Assembly (NCBI GenBank): GCA_021821305.1
Contig: JAKACP010000001.1
Location: forward strand, 468,349 to 532,348
From: a bacterium
Lineage (GTDB): Bacteria > Patescibacteriota > Minisyncoccia > Moranbacterales > UBA1568
Direction of reading: 5' to 3'
DNA: 64,000 nt
The translations under genes were made by a program, and so were the position numbers. This document shows positions 11,676 through 20,160 of this stretch, piece after piece (the first letter of the stretch is position 1; every line of letters starts with the position of its first letter). The notes beneath the pieces are model-generated. The model was not told the DNA's origin. It saw only the letters and a program-made list of their open reading frames with translations, and ran no database searches.

Positions 11676-13712
11676 ATGACCGAACGAATGACCAAGAAAT
11701 CAGGGGAAAAGATTCGACTTACGAGGCTCGTATACGGTATTTTCCGGGAGGCACTGTTCTTGTGCCTCCTTTTCGTCGCCGGCGGTGTGGCCGGCTTCGC
11801 GCTCATCTATTTCTTCCGCGTGCCGTCCGGGGACGACCTGTTCGAACGCAAGCTCGCGCAGACCTCGATCATCTACGACCGGACCGGGACGCGCGTCCTC
11901 TATGAGATCCACGGCGAGGAGAATCGAAAGCTCCTCCCGCACGACGCGATACCCGATGTCGTGCGCTCTGCCACGATAGCGGCCGAGGACGACGCGTTCT
12001 ACCGTCATTTCGGGTTTGATCCGGTCTCGATCGGTCGTGCGTTCATGAAAAACCTGGAGGAAGGGAGTATCGTCCAGGGCGGATCGACCATCACCCAGCA
12101 GGTCGCGCGCATCTTCTACCTCGACCGGGAGCGATCCTTCGTGCGCAAACTGAACGAGATCGTGCTCGCGTTCAAGATCGACCGGAAATACGAGAAGGAT
12201 GATATCCTCGATCTCTACCTCAATACCGTCCCGTACGGATCGAACGCCTACGGGATACAGGCGGCGGCCGAAGTCTTCTTCGGCAAGGATGCCATCGATC
12301 TCTCCGTCGACGAGGCGGCATTCCTCGCGGCATTGCCCAAGGCGACGACGACGCTGTCTCCCTATCGGGATCCGAACAAGGCGCTCGCCGACCGCCAGCG
12401 ACAGATCATTCTCCGGATGGCGGAGATCGGCCTCATCGATGAGGCGACCCGGCGCCAAGCCATCGCGAGCGACACCTTCGCCCGCGTACAGCCGAGGCGC
12501 GATCCGATCGTCGCCCCGCATTTCGTCTTCTCCGTCCTCGGTGACCTCGAAGAGCGCTATGGGCGCACCGCGCTCGAGACGGACGGTCTCCGTATCACGA
12601 CGACGATCGACCTTGATCTTCAGGAGAAGGCCGAAGCGAGCGTTGAGCGCGGCGTCGAGCGCAACCGGTCCCGTAATGCGGAAAACGCGGCCTTGGTCGC
12701 GGTCGACGTCGCGACGGGCGAGGTGCTCGCGATGGCCGGCAGCCGCGACTATTTCGATACCGCCATCGACGGGCAGGTCAACGTGGCCATCCGCGCCCGC
12801 CAACCGGGTTCGGCGTTCAAGCCGTTCGTCTACGCGAGGGCCTTCGAGGAGGGATTCGAACCCGAAACGAGGATACTCGACGCCCCGGTCAATTTCGGCC
12901 CCGACGGCTCCGGCCGCGACTATATCCCGCAGAACTACAGCGGCAAATCCTACGGCATGCTCACCATGCGGCAGGCGCTCTCGATGTCGCTCAATGTCCC
13001 GGCCGTGCAGACGCTCGCCGTCGTCGGCGTCGAAGATGCGATCGGCCTCGCCGAGCGGCTCGGCATCACGACGCTTGGCGATCCCAAGCGGTACGGGCTC
13101 TCGCTCGTGCTCGGGGGCGCCGAGGTTCGGCCGCTCGACATGGCGTCGGCGTTCTCGGTGTTCGCCGCAGACGGCATCCGCCGCCCCTCGGTATCGATCC
13201 GGAGCATCAAACGCGACGGACGCGAGATATACGGGATCCTCGATCGCGATCCGGAGGAGCGTGTGCTCGAGCCGGAGATAGCCCGCCGCATCAACTCGAT
13301 ACTCTCCGACAACGCCGCCCGCACGCCCGTGTTCGGGCCGTCGAGCCCGCTCGCCTTCCCGGACGGTTCCGCCGCCGCCAAGACGGGGACGACCCAAGGG
13401 TTCCGTGACGCGTGGACGGTCGGGTACACCTCCCGCCTGTCGGTCGCGGTCTGGGCGGGCAACAACGACAACCGTCCGATGGCGCCCGGAGCGGATGGCG
13501 TGTTCGTCGCGGCTCCCATATGGCGCGATTTCATCGACCGGGTCCCGGAATATCGCACGGGACCCTTCATCGCCTATGCGCCGAGGACGGCGGACGACAC
13601 GCGCCTCATCGCCGGCGGGACGCTGACCACCTATGACAAGGACCGCTTCGAGCCCGAGGACGAGAAGAAGACCAAGAAGGGCGGGAAGAAGAAAAAGACG
13701 AAAAAAGGCTAA
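11676..13712 (+). CDS. class A penicillin-binding protein (bifunctional GT51 transglycosylase / transpeptidase)
   Basis: N-terminal TM, GT51 motifs (ATIAAEDDAFYRHFG, GGSTITQQ), transpeptidase module (SAFKPF, KTG). Lys-rich C-terminal tail EDEKKTKKGGKKKKTKKG. Confidence 0.9.
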   Translation: MTERMTKKSGEKIRLTRLVYGIFREALFLCLLFVAGGVAGFALIYFFRVPSGDDLFERKLAQTSIIYDRTGTRVLYEIHGEENRKLLPHDAIPDVVRSATIAAEDDAFYRHFGFDPVSIGRAFMKNLEEGSIVQGGSTITQQVARIFYLDRERSFVRKLNEIVLAFKIDRKYEKDDILDLYLNTVPYGSNAYGIQAAAEVFFGKDAIDLSVDEAAFLAALPKATTTLSPYRDPNKALADRQRQIILRMAEIGLIDEATRRQAIASDTFARVQPRRDPIVAPHFVFSVLGDLEERYGRTALETDGLRITTTIDLDLQEKAEASVERGVERNRSRNAENAALVAVDVATGEVLAMAGSRDYFDTAIDGQVNVAIRARQPGSAFKPFVYARAFEEGFEPETRILDAPVNFGPDGSGRDYIPQNYSGKSYGMLTMRQALSMSLNVPAVQTLAVVGVEDAIGLAERLGITTLGDPKRYGLSLVLGGAEVRPLDMASAFSVFAADGIRRPSVSIRSIKRDGREIYGILDRDPEERVLEPEIARRINSILSDNAARTPVFGPSSPLAFPDGSAAAKTGTTQGFRDAWTVGYTSRLSVAVWAGNNDNRPMAPGADGVFVAAPIWRDFIDRVPEYRTGPFIAYAPRTADDTRLIAGGTLTTYDKDRFEPEDEKKTKKGGKKKKTKKG

Positions 13713-13736
13713 GGGCCAGTCGAAACGTGCTATACT

Positions 13737-14045
13737 GTGGGCATGCGATACGACAAACTCGTCCGGGATCGGATCCCGGGTATCATCATGGCGAAAGGGG
13801 AATCGTGCACGACCCATATCGCCGACGAAGCCGAATACGAGACCAAGCTCTTCGAAAAACTTCGCGAGGAGGCGGAGGAACTTGTCCGTGACAAATCGAT
13901 CGGCGAGATCGCCGATGTGCTCGAGGTGATCGATGCGATCGCGGCTCTCAAGGGATTCTCCCAGGAGGAAATCGGTGCGGTAAAACGAAAAAAACTCGAG
14001 GAGCGCGGCGGATTTTCCGGGCGCATCGTCCTCGAGGAATCATAG
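13737..14045 (+). CDS. MazG/HisE-like nucleoside triphosphate pyrophosphohydrolase family small protein
   Basis: YDKLVRDRIPGII…EELVRDK…EIADVLEVIDAIA is the characteristic all-alpha NTP-PPase motif. Alternative start at 13743. Confidence 0.6.
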   Translation: MGMRYDKLVRDRIPGIIMAKGESCTTHIADEAEYETKLFEKLREEAEELVRDKSIGEIADVLEVIDAIAALKGFSQEEIGAVKRKKLEERGGFSGRIVLEES

Positions 14046-14050
14046 ATCAT

Positions 14051-14440
14051 ATGAAAACCGTCGTCATACTGGGCGCGAGCGACAAGCCGGAGCGCTATTC
14101 GAACAAGGCATTGCTTCTCCTCAAGGAAAAAGGGTACGACGTCGTACCCGTCAATCCGACGCTCGAAACGATCGAGGGAATACCGGTCGTCCACGCGCTC
14201 TCCGATGTCGCCCGGCATCCCGATGTCCTCACCGTGTATGTGAACCCCGAGCGGAGCGCGGCTCTGGCCGATGATATCCTCGCGCTCTCACCCCGAGTCG
14301 CCATCTTCAATCCGGACACCGAAAACGACGCGCTGGAATCCCGACTCGCCGAAGCCGGCATAAGGATCGTCCGAGCCTGTTCCGTCGTGCTTCTCACGAC
14401 CGACGCATTCGAACCGACCGTCACTCAGAAAACGGTATGA
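14051..14440 (+). CDS. CoA-binding domain protein (YccU/YneT-like)
   Basis: VVILGASDKPERYSNKALLLLKEKGYDVVPVNP Rossmann-like CoA-binding signature. Confidence 0.7.
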   Translation: MKTVVILGASDKPERYSNKALLLLKEKGYDVVPVNPTLETIEGIPVVHALSDVARHPDVLTVYVNPERSAALADDILALSPRVAIFNPDTENDALESRLAEAGIRIVRACSVVLLTTDAFEPTVTQKTV

Positions 14441-15576
14441 AGCGAAGATCTTTCATGAAAATGGCATCCGTCACGCTGGCGGTGATCGCCGGGCTCGTTC
14501 CCGTATTCCTCTTCATATCCGGTTCGGAGTGGGCGCTCGAAAATGTGCGGGCCGAAGTCCTCTCCGAGAGCATCCTTCGCACGCCTCAGGATCCCTTCGA
14601 GATCCGTTTCTCGCGGGCGGTCGATCCGGAGAGCTACCGCGACAATATCTCCGTCGTGCCCGCGACCCCGCTTCTCTACTCGTGGAGCAAGGACGGTCGG
14701 ACCCTGTCGCTCAAACCCGAGGGCAAATGGGCGGAAGGATCGCAGTATCAGATACTCCTCGGTCCGGGGAAATCGGGCTTCGGCAGGACGGTGCCGATGG
14801 CGTCGTTTTCTTTTCATACCCCTACCTATCCGGAAATCGTGTCCATGACTCCCAAGGACGGCGCCACGGACCTCATCCTCGACATCGAGGATCCGATCAC
14901 TGTCCGTTTCGACCGCTCCGTCGCCGATTTCTACGTCGATTTCCGTCTGTCCCCCTCGATACCGGTGACGTATCAGAACGACGACGCCAAGACCGAGTTC
15001 AAGATCCTCCCGAAGGAGCCGGTCAAACCCGGTACCGAGTATCGTCTCGAGGTGTTCGCCAAGTGGCGGAGCGAGCCGGATGGCGCCTATCGATCGATCG
15101 GCGCGACGACCTTTACCACGCTGCCCGAGCGGCCGAAGGAATGGAGCCGCGACCTCGCGGCGCGTCTCATCGAGGCCAAGCGCTTCGCTCGCCCGATCAT
15201 CGCGACGGGGAAATACATCGATATCGATACCGAGGCGCAGGTCATGACCATCTTCGAGGACGGCTCGCTCCTCGACACCTACCTCGTCTCCTCGGGTCTC
15301 CCCGGCATGGACACCCCGAAGGGGCAGTACAAGATCGAGAACAAGGCGAGGCGTCCTTGGTCGAAGATGTATGAACTCTATATGCCCAACTGGATGGCGT
15401 TCACGGCGGACGGAAAGTATGGCATCCATGAATTGCCCGAATGGCCGAGCGGGTACAAGGAAGGCGCGAATCACCTCGGCATACCGGTCTCGCACGGCTG
15501 TGTCCGGCTCGGCGTCGGTTCCGCCGCACGCGTATGGAACTGGGCGGAAATCGGCACGCCGGTCGTGGTGCATTGA
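14437..15576 (+). CDS. L,D-transpeptidase (YkuD domain) with N-terminal Ig-like domains
   Basis: Signal/TM N-terminus. C-terminal YkuD catalytic motif …GIHELPEW…GANHLGIPVSHGCVRL. Confidence 0.85.
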   Translation: MKRRSFMKMASVTLAVIAGLVPVFLFISGSEWALENVRAEVLSESILRTPQDPFEIRFSRAVDPESYRDNISVVPATPLLYSWSKDGRTLSLKPEGKWAEGSQYQILLGPGKSGFGRTVPMASFSFHTPTYPEIVSMTPKDGATDLILDIEDPITVRFDRSVADFYVDFRLSPSIPVTYQNDDAKTEFKILPKEPVKPGTEYRLEVFAKWRSEPDGAYRSIGATTFTTLPERPKEWSRDLAARLIEAKRFARPIIATGKYIDIDTEAQVMTIFEDGSLLDTYLVSSGLPGMDTPKGQYKIENKARRPWSKMYELYMPNWMAFTADGKYGIHELPEWPSGYKEGANHLGIPVSHGCVRLGVGSAARVWNWAEIGTPVVVH

Positions 15577-15727
15577 GCGGCGATGCAAGATTCGGAAACA
15601 AGTATTGTAGTAATCGGCATCAAGAGAAAATCGGACAGCGTACAATAAAATATCTCAGCGTCGTTTCCGTAATTCGCTCACAGGGGGATCTATGAGCCGG
15701 ACAGGGGACAGGTTTTTTGGAGGTGCC

Positions 15728-15782
15728 CAAAAAGACCGACGATCGTCAGCCCGTTTTCGGGTAACGGCCGTCGGTCTTTTTG
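15728..15782. terminator. long hairpin with flanking A/T runs (bidirectional terminator-like) downstream of the L,D-transpeptidase
   Basis: caaaaagaccgacg … cgtcggtctttttg (13-14 bp stem) with inner cccg-tttt-cggg mini-hairpin. Confidence 0.45.
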
Positions 15783-15892
15783 ATTCTCCATTTCTTTCTT
15801 CATTCGTAGCCTTTCGATCGAAGGGCAGGGCATCGGAGTGCACCCTATTTCGGTGCCCGGCTTTTTGATTGTTTGTCGGAAGGGTCTATCCG

Positions 15893-15914
15893 GACTTTTC
15901 CGACAGGCTCTCAG
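15893..15914 (+). promoter_or_regulatory. conserved 22-nt intergenic motif GACTTTTCCGACAGGCTCTCAG (copy 1 of 4)
   Basis: Near-identical to 41518-41539 and 28521-28542, partial at 62287-62305. Embedded mini-hairpin cgga-cuuu-uccg. 135 nt upstream of the first secreted repeat-protein gene. Confidence 0.4.
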
Positions 15915-16047
15915 GGGGCCTCGGTCGATCGGACAAATGCGCGAGGCAAAGAGGTGCAAGCGCCTCGGGCATTCTGTCTGAAAAGTATTCCCGTTCGGCG
16001 CGTCGCGGCGCGCGGAGCGGAGCACTAGGAAGGAAGGTGAACAGACT

Positions 16048-16563
16048 ATGAAAACAATGTTTATGGTTCTTCCGGCGCTCGCCCTCGCTTTCGCGTTCGC
16101 GGCTCCGGCATCGGCGAATGGTGATGGCCATTGGTGGATGCACTTCAACGATGAGCTCAATGTGCAGAGTTCGAACAACGCGAACGTATACAACGTCACG
16201 AAGGCGGAGAGCGACACGGGCGACAACTCGACGTTTCTCAACTATGGATTCGGCTCGGGGAATATCGTGACCGGCGCGGCTATGGCCGGTGCGGACTCGG
16301 GTCTCTTCGTGAACAGCAACATGACGACCCTCGGGGCGCCGTGTGACTGTTTCGACGACGTGACGATCACGAGCGCGAACAACGCGGTCGTCTACAATAA
16401 GACGAAGGCCGAGGCGGAAACCGGCGAGAATACCACCACGGGCAATGGTGGGTACTTCGATGACTGGTACTACGGTGGAGGGAGCGGCAATATCGTGACC
16501 GGCGCCGCGGTAGCGGGCGCTACGTCGTGGACAGTCGTCAACTCCAACGTGACGGGTTTCTAG
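16048..16563 (+). CDS. secreted repeat protein R1 (signal peptide plus 2 copies of a TG(D/E)N-containing repeat)
   Basis: Signal peptide MKTMFMVLPALALAFAFAAPASA. Two internal repeats: NANVYNVTKAESDTGDNST…GSGNIVTGAAMAG…VNSNMT and NAVVYNKTKAEAETGENTT…GSGNIVTGAAVAG…VNSNVT. Strong SD (aggaaggaagg). Confidence 0.7.
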   Translation: MKTMFMVLPALALAFAFAAPASANGDGHWWMHFNDELNVQSSNNANVYNVTKAESDTGDNSTFLNYGFGSGNIVTGAAMAGADSGLFVNSNMTTLGAPCDCFDDVTITSANNAVVYNKTKAEAETGENTTTGNGGYFDDWYYGGGSGNIVTGAAVAGATSWTVVNSNVTGF

Positions 16564-16643
16564 CCGATTTTTTCCAGGAGGCGGGGGCGTGAACCGCGGA
16601 TCATCGCCCCCGCGCTTCCGGAAAGGGAAAAAATATCCCGAGT

Positions 16644-17108
16644 ATGAATTTCAAGACCTTTTTCTTCGCTCTCGTATCCTTTCTCCTGTTTTCGAGCGGC
16701 GCGGATGCCGTGATGGTCATCGAGAACAGCGGACAGAATACGATCATCGAGTCGAGGACGAGCGCGGTCTCGGATACCGGCGGGAATAGCGGATCGGGAA
16801 ACATCGAGACCGGTGACGCCAAGGCGACGAGCGCGACCGAAGTGCGTTCCTCCGGTAGCGAGACGACGGTAAAGGCGGAAGCCGTGTCGGAAGCGGACGG
16901 GCAGGAATCATCCGTCAGTGCGGTCCAGGAGGGTCCGGGGACGGTCTCCGTAGAGGAGCAAGAAGGTGGCGCGGAGGCGCGGATCGACGTGTCGGTATCC
17001 GAGGAAAGCGCGGCTGGTGCGTCCTCGGAAGAGGCAACAGGAGTGTTCGAAAAAGTCGGGGCGTTCCTGTCGGGAATAGGGGATTTCATACGGTCTATCT
17101 TCGAATGA
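16644..17108 (+). CDS. secreted protein R2 (signal peptide, one TGGN-type repeat, Ser/Glu-rich tail)
   Basis: Signal peptide MNFKTFFFALVSFLLFSSGADA. VIENSGQNTIIESRTSAVSDTGGNSGSGNIETGDAKATSA matches the R1/R3 repeat. Confidence 0.65.
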   Translation: MNFKTFFFALVSFLLFSSGADAVMVIENSGQNTIIESRTSAVSDTGGNSGSGNIETGDAKATSATEVRSSGSETTVKAEAVSEADGQESSVSAVQEGPGTVSVEEQEGGAEARIDVSVSEESAAGASSEEATGVFEKVGAFLSGIGDFIRSIFE

Positions 17109-17126
17109 TTTCATGAGAAAGAGAGT

Positions 17127-19874
17127 ATGTCGTCCGAACGGATGCGATATGTCTACGCGGCAAGCAGAGGGCAGAGGATATATTTCTCGCCCCGTTGGTC
17201 GCGCCCCGTTTCTCCGAGGAGGGTCTCTTGGATCCTCCCCGCGTACGCGCGGGCAGTTTTTCTGAAAAAATCCTTCATCATAAGCCTTTCTTTGGCTGTC
17301 GCGTTTTATCCCATGGCGCCGATGGCCGCGGTCGCGGACGATACCGCTCCGGAAAGCGAGCCCGTCCTTGAGTCCGAGTCACCGGAAGCGGATCCGGAAG
17401 AAGCGCCTGCGGAGGAGACTGCGGAGAAAGAACCTACTGAAGAGACTCCGGAAGAAGCACCGGCGGAAGAAGAAGCGGCACCCGAGAAGGTCGTCGAACC
17501 CGATGCCGAACCTGATATGGCTGTAACCGCGTCGTCGGAACCGGAAGTCGCGCCGGACCCGGAGGCGGAGCCGGAAACATCGGAAGCGTCTCCCTGTGAC
17601 GAGGGAGCGCCAGCGGATGAACATGAAGTGCCAGTGGATGGACATGAGGACGGCACGGTCATCGAGAGCTGTAACGAAGCCGAAACGGAGAGTGATGTGA
17701 CAGCCTCATCCGATACCGGTGAAAATGCCATCGTCATCGAGGAGGGTGATCCCGTCGGAGAGGAGGAAGGAACTGATACCGATGAATCGACGGAAGCGGA
17801 TACCGTGAGTGCCGCCGCCGAACCCGCCGTCGCGGAAGTCGCTCCGGATGAGGGCGTCGATTCCGCTATCGACACCGGCGATGCCGGCGCGACCGCCGTG
17901 CTCGTCCAGGACGTGAATACCGATATCGTGGGGAATGATGTCGACAAGGAAGTGATCGTGGCGGACGAGGAGACGGGAGATATCGACCTGCTCGAGGCAT
18001 TCGTCGGCACGGAGGAGGAAAATGGAGAAGCGGCGGAAACGAATCAGCCCGGGGAAACGGATGGATCCGGTGGCGGGGTCGCGGTCGTGAACGGCAATGA
18101 GGCCACCGTCGAGAATACCGTCGTCGCGACAGCCGAGACCGGGGACAACTCGATCGAGGGCGGCGACGGGGCGGCCATCGATACCGGGGACGCTTCCGCG
18201 CTCGCGGTGGCGGTCAACGTCGTCAACACCACGCTCGTCGGGTCCAACGGACTCCTCGCCATCGTCAATATTGTCGGCGACTATGCCGGCGATGTCATTT
18301 TGCCCGGCGAGGGCCTGCTCTCCTTCGGCGGAGGCGACCCGAGTCTGGAGACCGTCGAGAACGGGAACGAGGCGACCATCGAGAATACGGTCACGGCATC
18401 CGCCGATACGGGCGGCAATACGATCGAGGGTTCCGGCGACGCATCCATCGAGACGGGCGATGCGGTCGCCGTGGCGGAAAGCGATACCATCGCCAATACG
18501 AATTTCGTCGGCGACAACTGGCTTGTCGTCGTGGTCAATGTGTTCGGTGAATGGCTGGGCGGCATCGTCGACGGCGAGGATGCGGATGGCGACGGAGTCA
18601 TCGGATTCCTCTTCGGCGGCGGAGGGGAGAGCGATGGTTGCGACGCGGAGTGCGGCGATATCGTGTCGGTCTCGGGCAAGAACGTCGCCTATGTGGTCAA
18701 CACCGTCTCGGCGAGCGCGGACACGGGCGGCAACACCATCACCAGCGCGGACGATGCGTCGATCGTGACCGGAAACGCCTCCGCGACCGCCGCCGCGTTC
18801 AACTTCGTGAACAACAATATCGTCGGGCATAACTGGCTCCTCGCGGTCATCAACGTCTTCGGAAGCTGGGGTGGCAACCTCGTCTTCGCCTATCCGGACC
18901 TCTCGACCTCGGTCAGCGACGGGAGAGAGACCGCACTTCCCGGCGACACCCTCGAATATGTCGTCCGGGTCGAAAACGGCGGCATGGCCGACGCGGAGGG
19001 TGTGTCGGTGGCATTCCGGATTCCGGGATCATCCGAATACCGGTCCGCTTCCGACGGGGCGGAGCGCAACGGCGACACGGTCATCTGGACGCTTTCATCT
19101 CTGAAAAAAGGCGAAAGTAAGGGATTTACCGTGACGGTGGCAGTGGACGGCGGGACACCTGACGGAGCCGAGCTCCGCGCATACGCGCAGGCGGGGACGG
19201 ATACCGCCGAGAAGCATCCGGAGAACAACGTCTCAGACGACGAGACGACCGTCGATATCCCCGATGCGGTCATCACGCAGATCGACGCGGAATACGTTGA
19301 TGGAAACTCTTATCACACTGGGCTCCGCGTGAAGCGGAGTAAACCCGATGGCGCGTTCCGAGGCGGGGACACGGTCACGCATCGGATCACCGTCGAGAAC
19401 ACCGGCAAGAATCCAGCCTACGATGTCGTGGCGGAGGACTCGTTCGAGACACCCGACGGTACGCTTATCGCCACGCTCGAATGGAACATAGGCGGAATCG
19501 ACTCGGGCAAGGGCGTGCTCATCGAATACACGATCGCCATCCCGAACCAGGTCGGAGCCGGACAGTATCGCTACACCGCCCGTGCCGAGGGCAAACAGTA
19601 CGATGACGATGATATACGGTCCAAGAAGGCCTATGCCACGCTCACCATCGTCGGGTCCGCCTTCGCCGGGGCGTTCGGTGCGGAGACGGTCGAAGCGGCA
19701 TCGCCGGAAGACGTGACGATCCCGGGCGAAGTGCAGGGCGCGCAGGCCGCGACGGTCGGGGAGGTCGTCGGGAACGGGAAGTTCCCGCTCTGGATGCTTC
19801 TTCTCTCCGGGCTCGCCTATTTCCTCATGATCAACTGGTCGTTCTTCCCGAAAACTCACCGGAGAATCATATGA
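17127..19874 (+). CDS. large cell-surface protein R3: acidic Pro/Glu-rich linker, 3 tandem TG(D/G)N repeats, DUF11-like conserved-repeat domains, C-terminal hydrophobic anchor
   Basis: Three ~95-aa repeats (ENTVVATAETGDNSIEGGDGAAIDTGDASALAVAVNVVNTTLVG / ENTVTASADTGGNTIEGSGDASIETGDAVAVAESDTIANTNFVG / VNTVSASADTGGNTITSADDASIVTGNASATAAAFNFVNNNIVG). Then TLEYVVRVENGGMADAEGVSVAFRIP and VTHRITVENTGKNPAYDVVAED (DUF11-like). C-terminal PLWMLLLSGLAYFLMINWSFFPKTHRRII. True start uncertain (no start codon directly before the hydrophobic segment). Confidence 0.75.
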   Translation: MSSERMRYVYAASRGQRIYFSPRWSRPVSPRRVSWILPAYARAVFLKKSFIISLSLAVAFYPMAPMAAVADDTAPESEPVLESESPEADPEEAPAEETAEKEPTEETPEEAPAEEEAAPEKVVEPDAEPDMAVTASSEPEVAPDPEAEPETSEASPCDEGAPADEHEVPVDGHEDGTVIESCNEAETESDVTASSDTGENAIVIEEGDPVGEEEGTDTDESTEADTVSAAAEPAVAEVAPDEGVDSAIDTGDAGATAVLVQDVNTDIVGNDVDKEVIVADEETGDIDLLEAFVGTEEENGEAAETNQPGETDGSGGGVAVVNGNEATVENTVVATAETGDNSIEGGDGAAIDTGDASALAVAVNVVNTTLVGSNGLLAIVNIVGDYAGDVILPGEGLLSFGGGDPSLETVENGNEATIENTVTASADTGGNTIEGSGDASIETGDAVAVAESDTIANTNFVGDNWLVVVVNVFGEWLGGIVDGEDADGDGVIGFLFGGGGESDGCDAECGDIVSVSGKNVAYVVNTVSASADTGGNTITSADDASIVTGNASATAAAFNFVNNNIVGHNWLLAVINVFGSWGGNLVFAYPDLSTSVSDGRETALPGDTLEYVVRVENGGMADAEGVSVAFRIPGSSEYRSASDGAERNGDTVIWTLSSLKKGESKGFTVTVAVDGGTPDGAELRAYAQAGTDTAEKHPENNVSDDETTVDIPDAVITQIDAEYVDGNSYHTGLRVKRSKPDGAFRGGDTVTHRITVENTGKNPAYDVVAEDSFETPDGTLIATLEWNIGGIDSGKGVLIEYTIAIPNQVGAGQYRYTARAEGKQYDDDDIRSKKAYATLTIVGSAFAGAFGAETVEAASPEDVTIPGEVQGAQAATVGEVVGNGKFPLWMLLLSGLAYFLMINWSFFPKTHRRII
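18080..18880 (+). repeat. three tandem protein-level repeats (~280-300 nt period) inside R3
   Basis: Repeat cores at about 18109, 18380 and 18695 (gagaataccgtc…accggggacaac / gagaatacggtc…acgggcggcaat / aacaccgtctcg…acgggcggcaac). Confidence 0.6.
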
Positions 19875-20065
19875 GTGAAAATCGTACAAACGTGAACCTA
19901 TCGGGATGGCGGACGATATTCGTCCCGTTGCTCGTGACCGTGGCCGCGATCGCGTTTTGGATGACATATTACGGTTCCATCGGTTGGTGGCCGTTCGTCC
20001 TCTTCGTCATCTGGGTGGTGCAATACACGCGATTTTCGCAGAGGCGGAGGTCTTCGGATGATTGA
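19871..20065 (+). CDS. small 2-TM membrane protein (64 aa), hypothetical; start overlaps R3 stop (ATGA)
   Basis: MSENRTNVNLSGWRTIFVPLLVTVAAIAFWMTYYGSIGWWPFVLFVIWVVQY…; translationally coupled geometry. Confidence 0.4.
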   Translation: MSENRTNVNLSGWRTIFVPLLVTVAAIAFWMTYYGSIGWWPFVLFVIWVVQYTRFSQRRRSSDD

Positions 20066-20160
20066 CATCGGTGTTTTTTCGGTTCCGGCTCGGGTGTATA
20101 CTGGAACGGTAACGAAGACGGTGCGCAGGTCGACGTGCCGAAAACGGAGGGAAATTAATC

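Noticed and set aside
15893-15914. Interpretation of the 22-nt motif as an ECF sigma-E-type (GGAACTT-N16-TCnnA) or sigma-54 (-24/-12) promoter
   Set aside because: Spacing between the GGACTTT-like and TCTCA-like blocks is about 10 nt, not 16. No GG-N10-GC pattern. Treated as an unassigned regulatory/structural motif instead.
17127-17340. Twin-arginine (Tat) signal in R3 N-terminus (…SPRRVSWIL…) and precise start codon
   Set aside because: RR motif is about 17 residues before the hydrophobic core, too far for a canonical Tat peptide. No alternative start codon sits directly upstream of the hydrophobic segment. Start left at 17127 with uncertainty.
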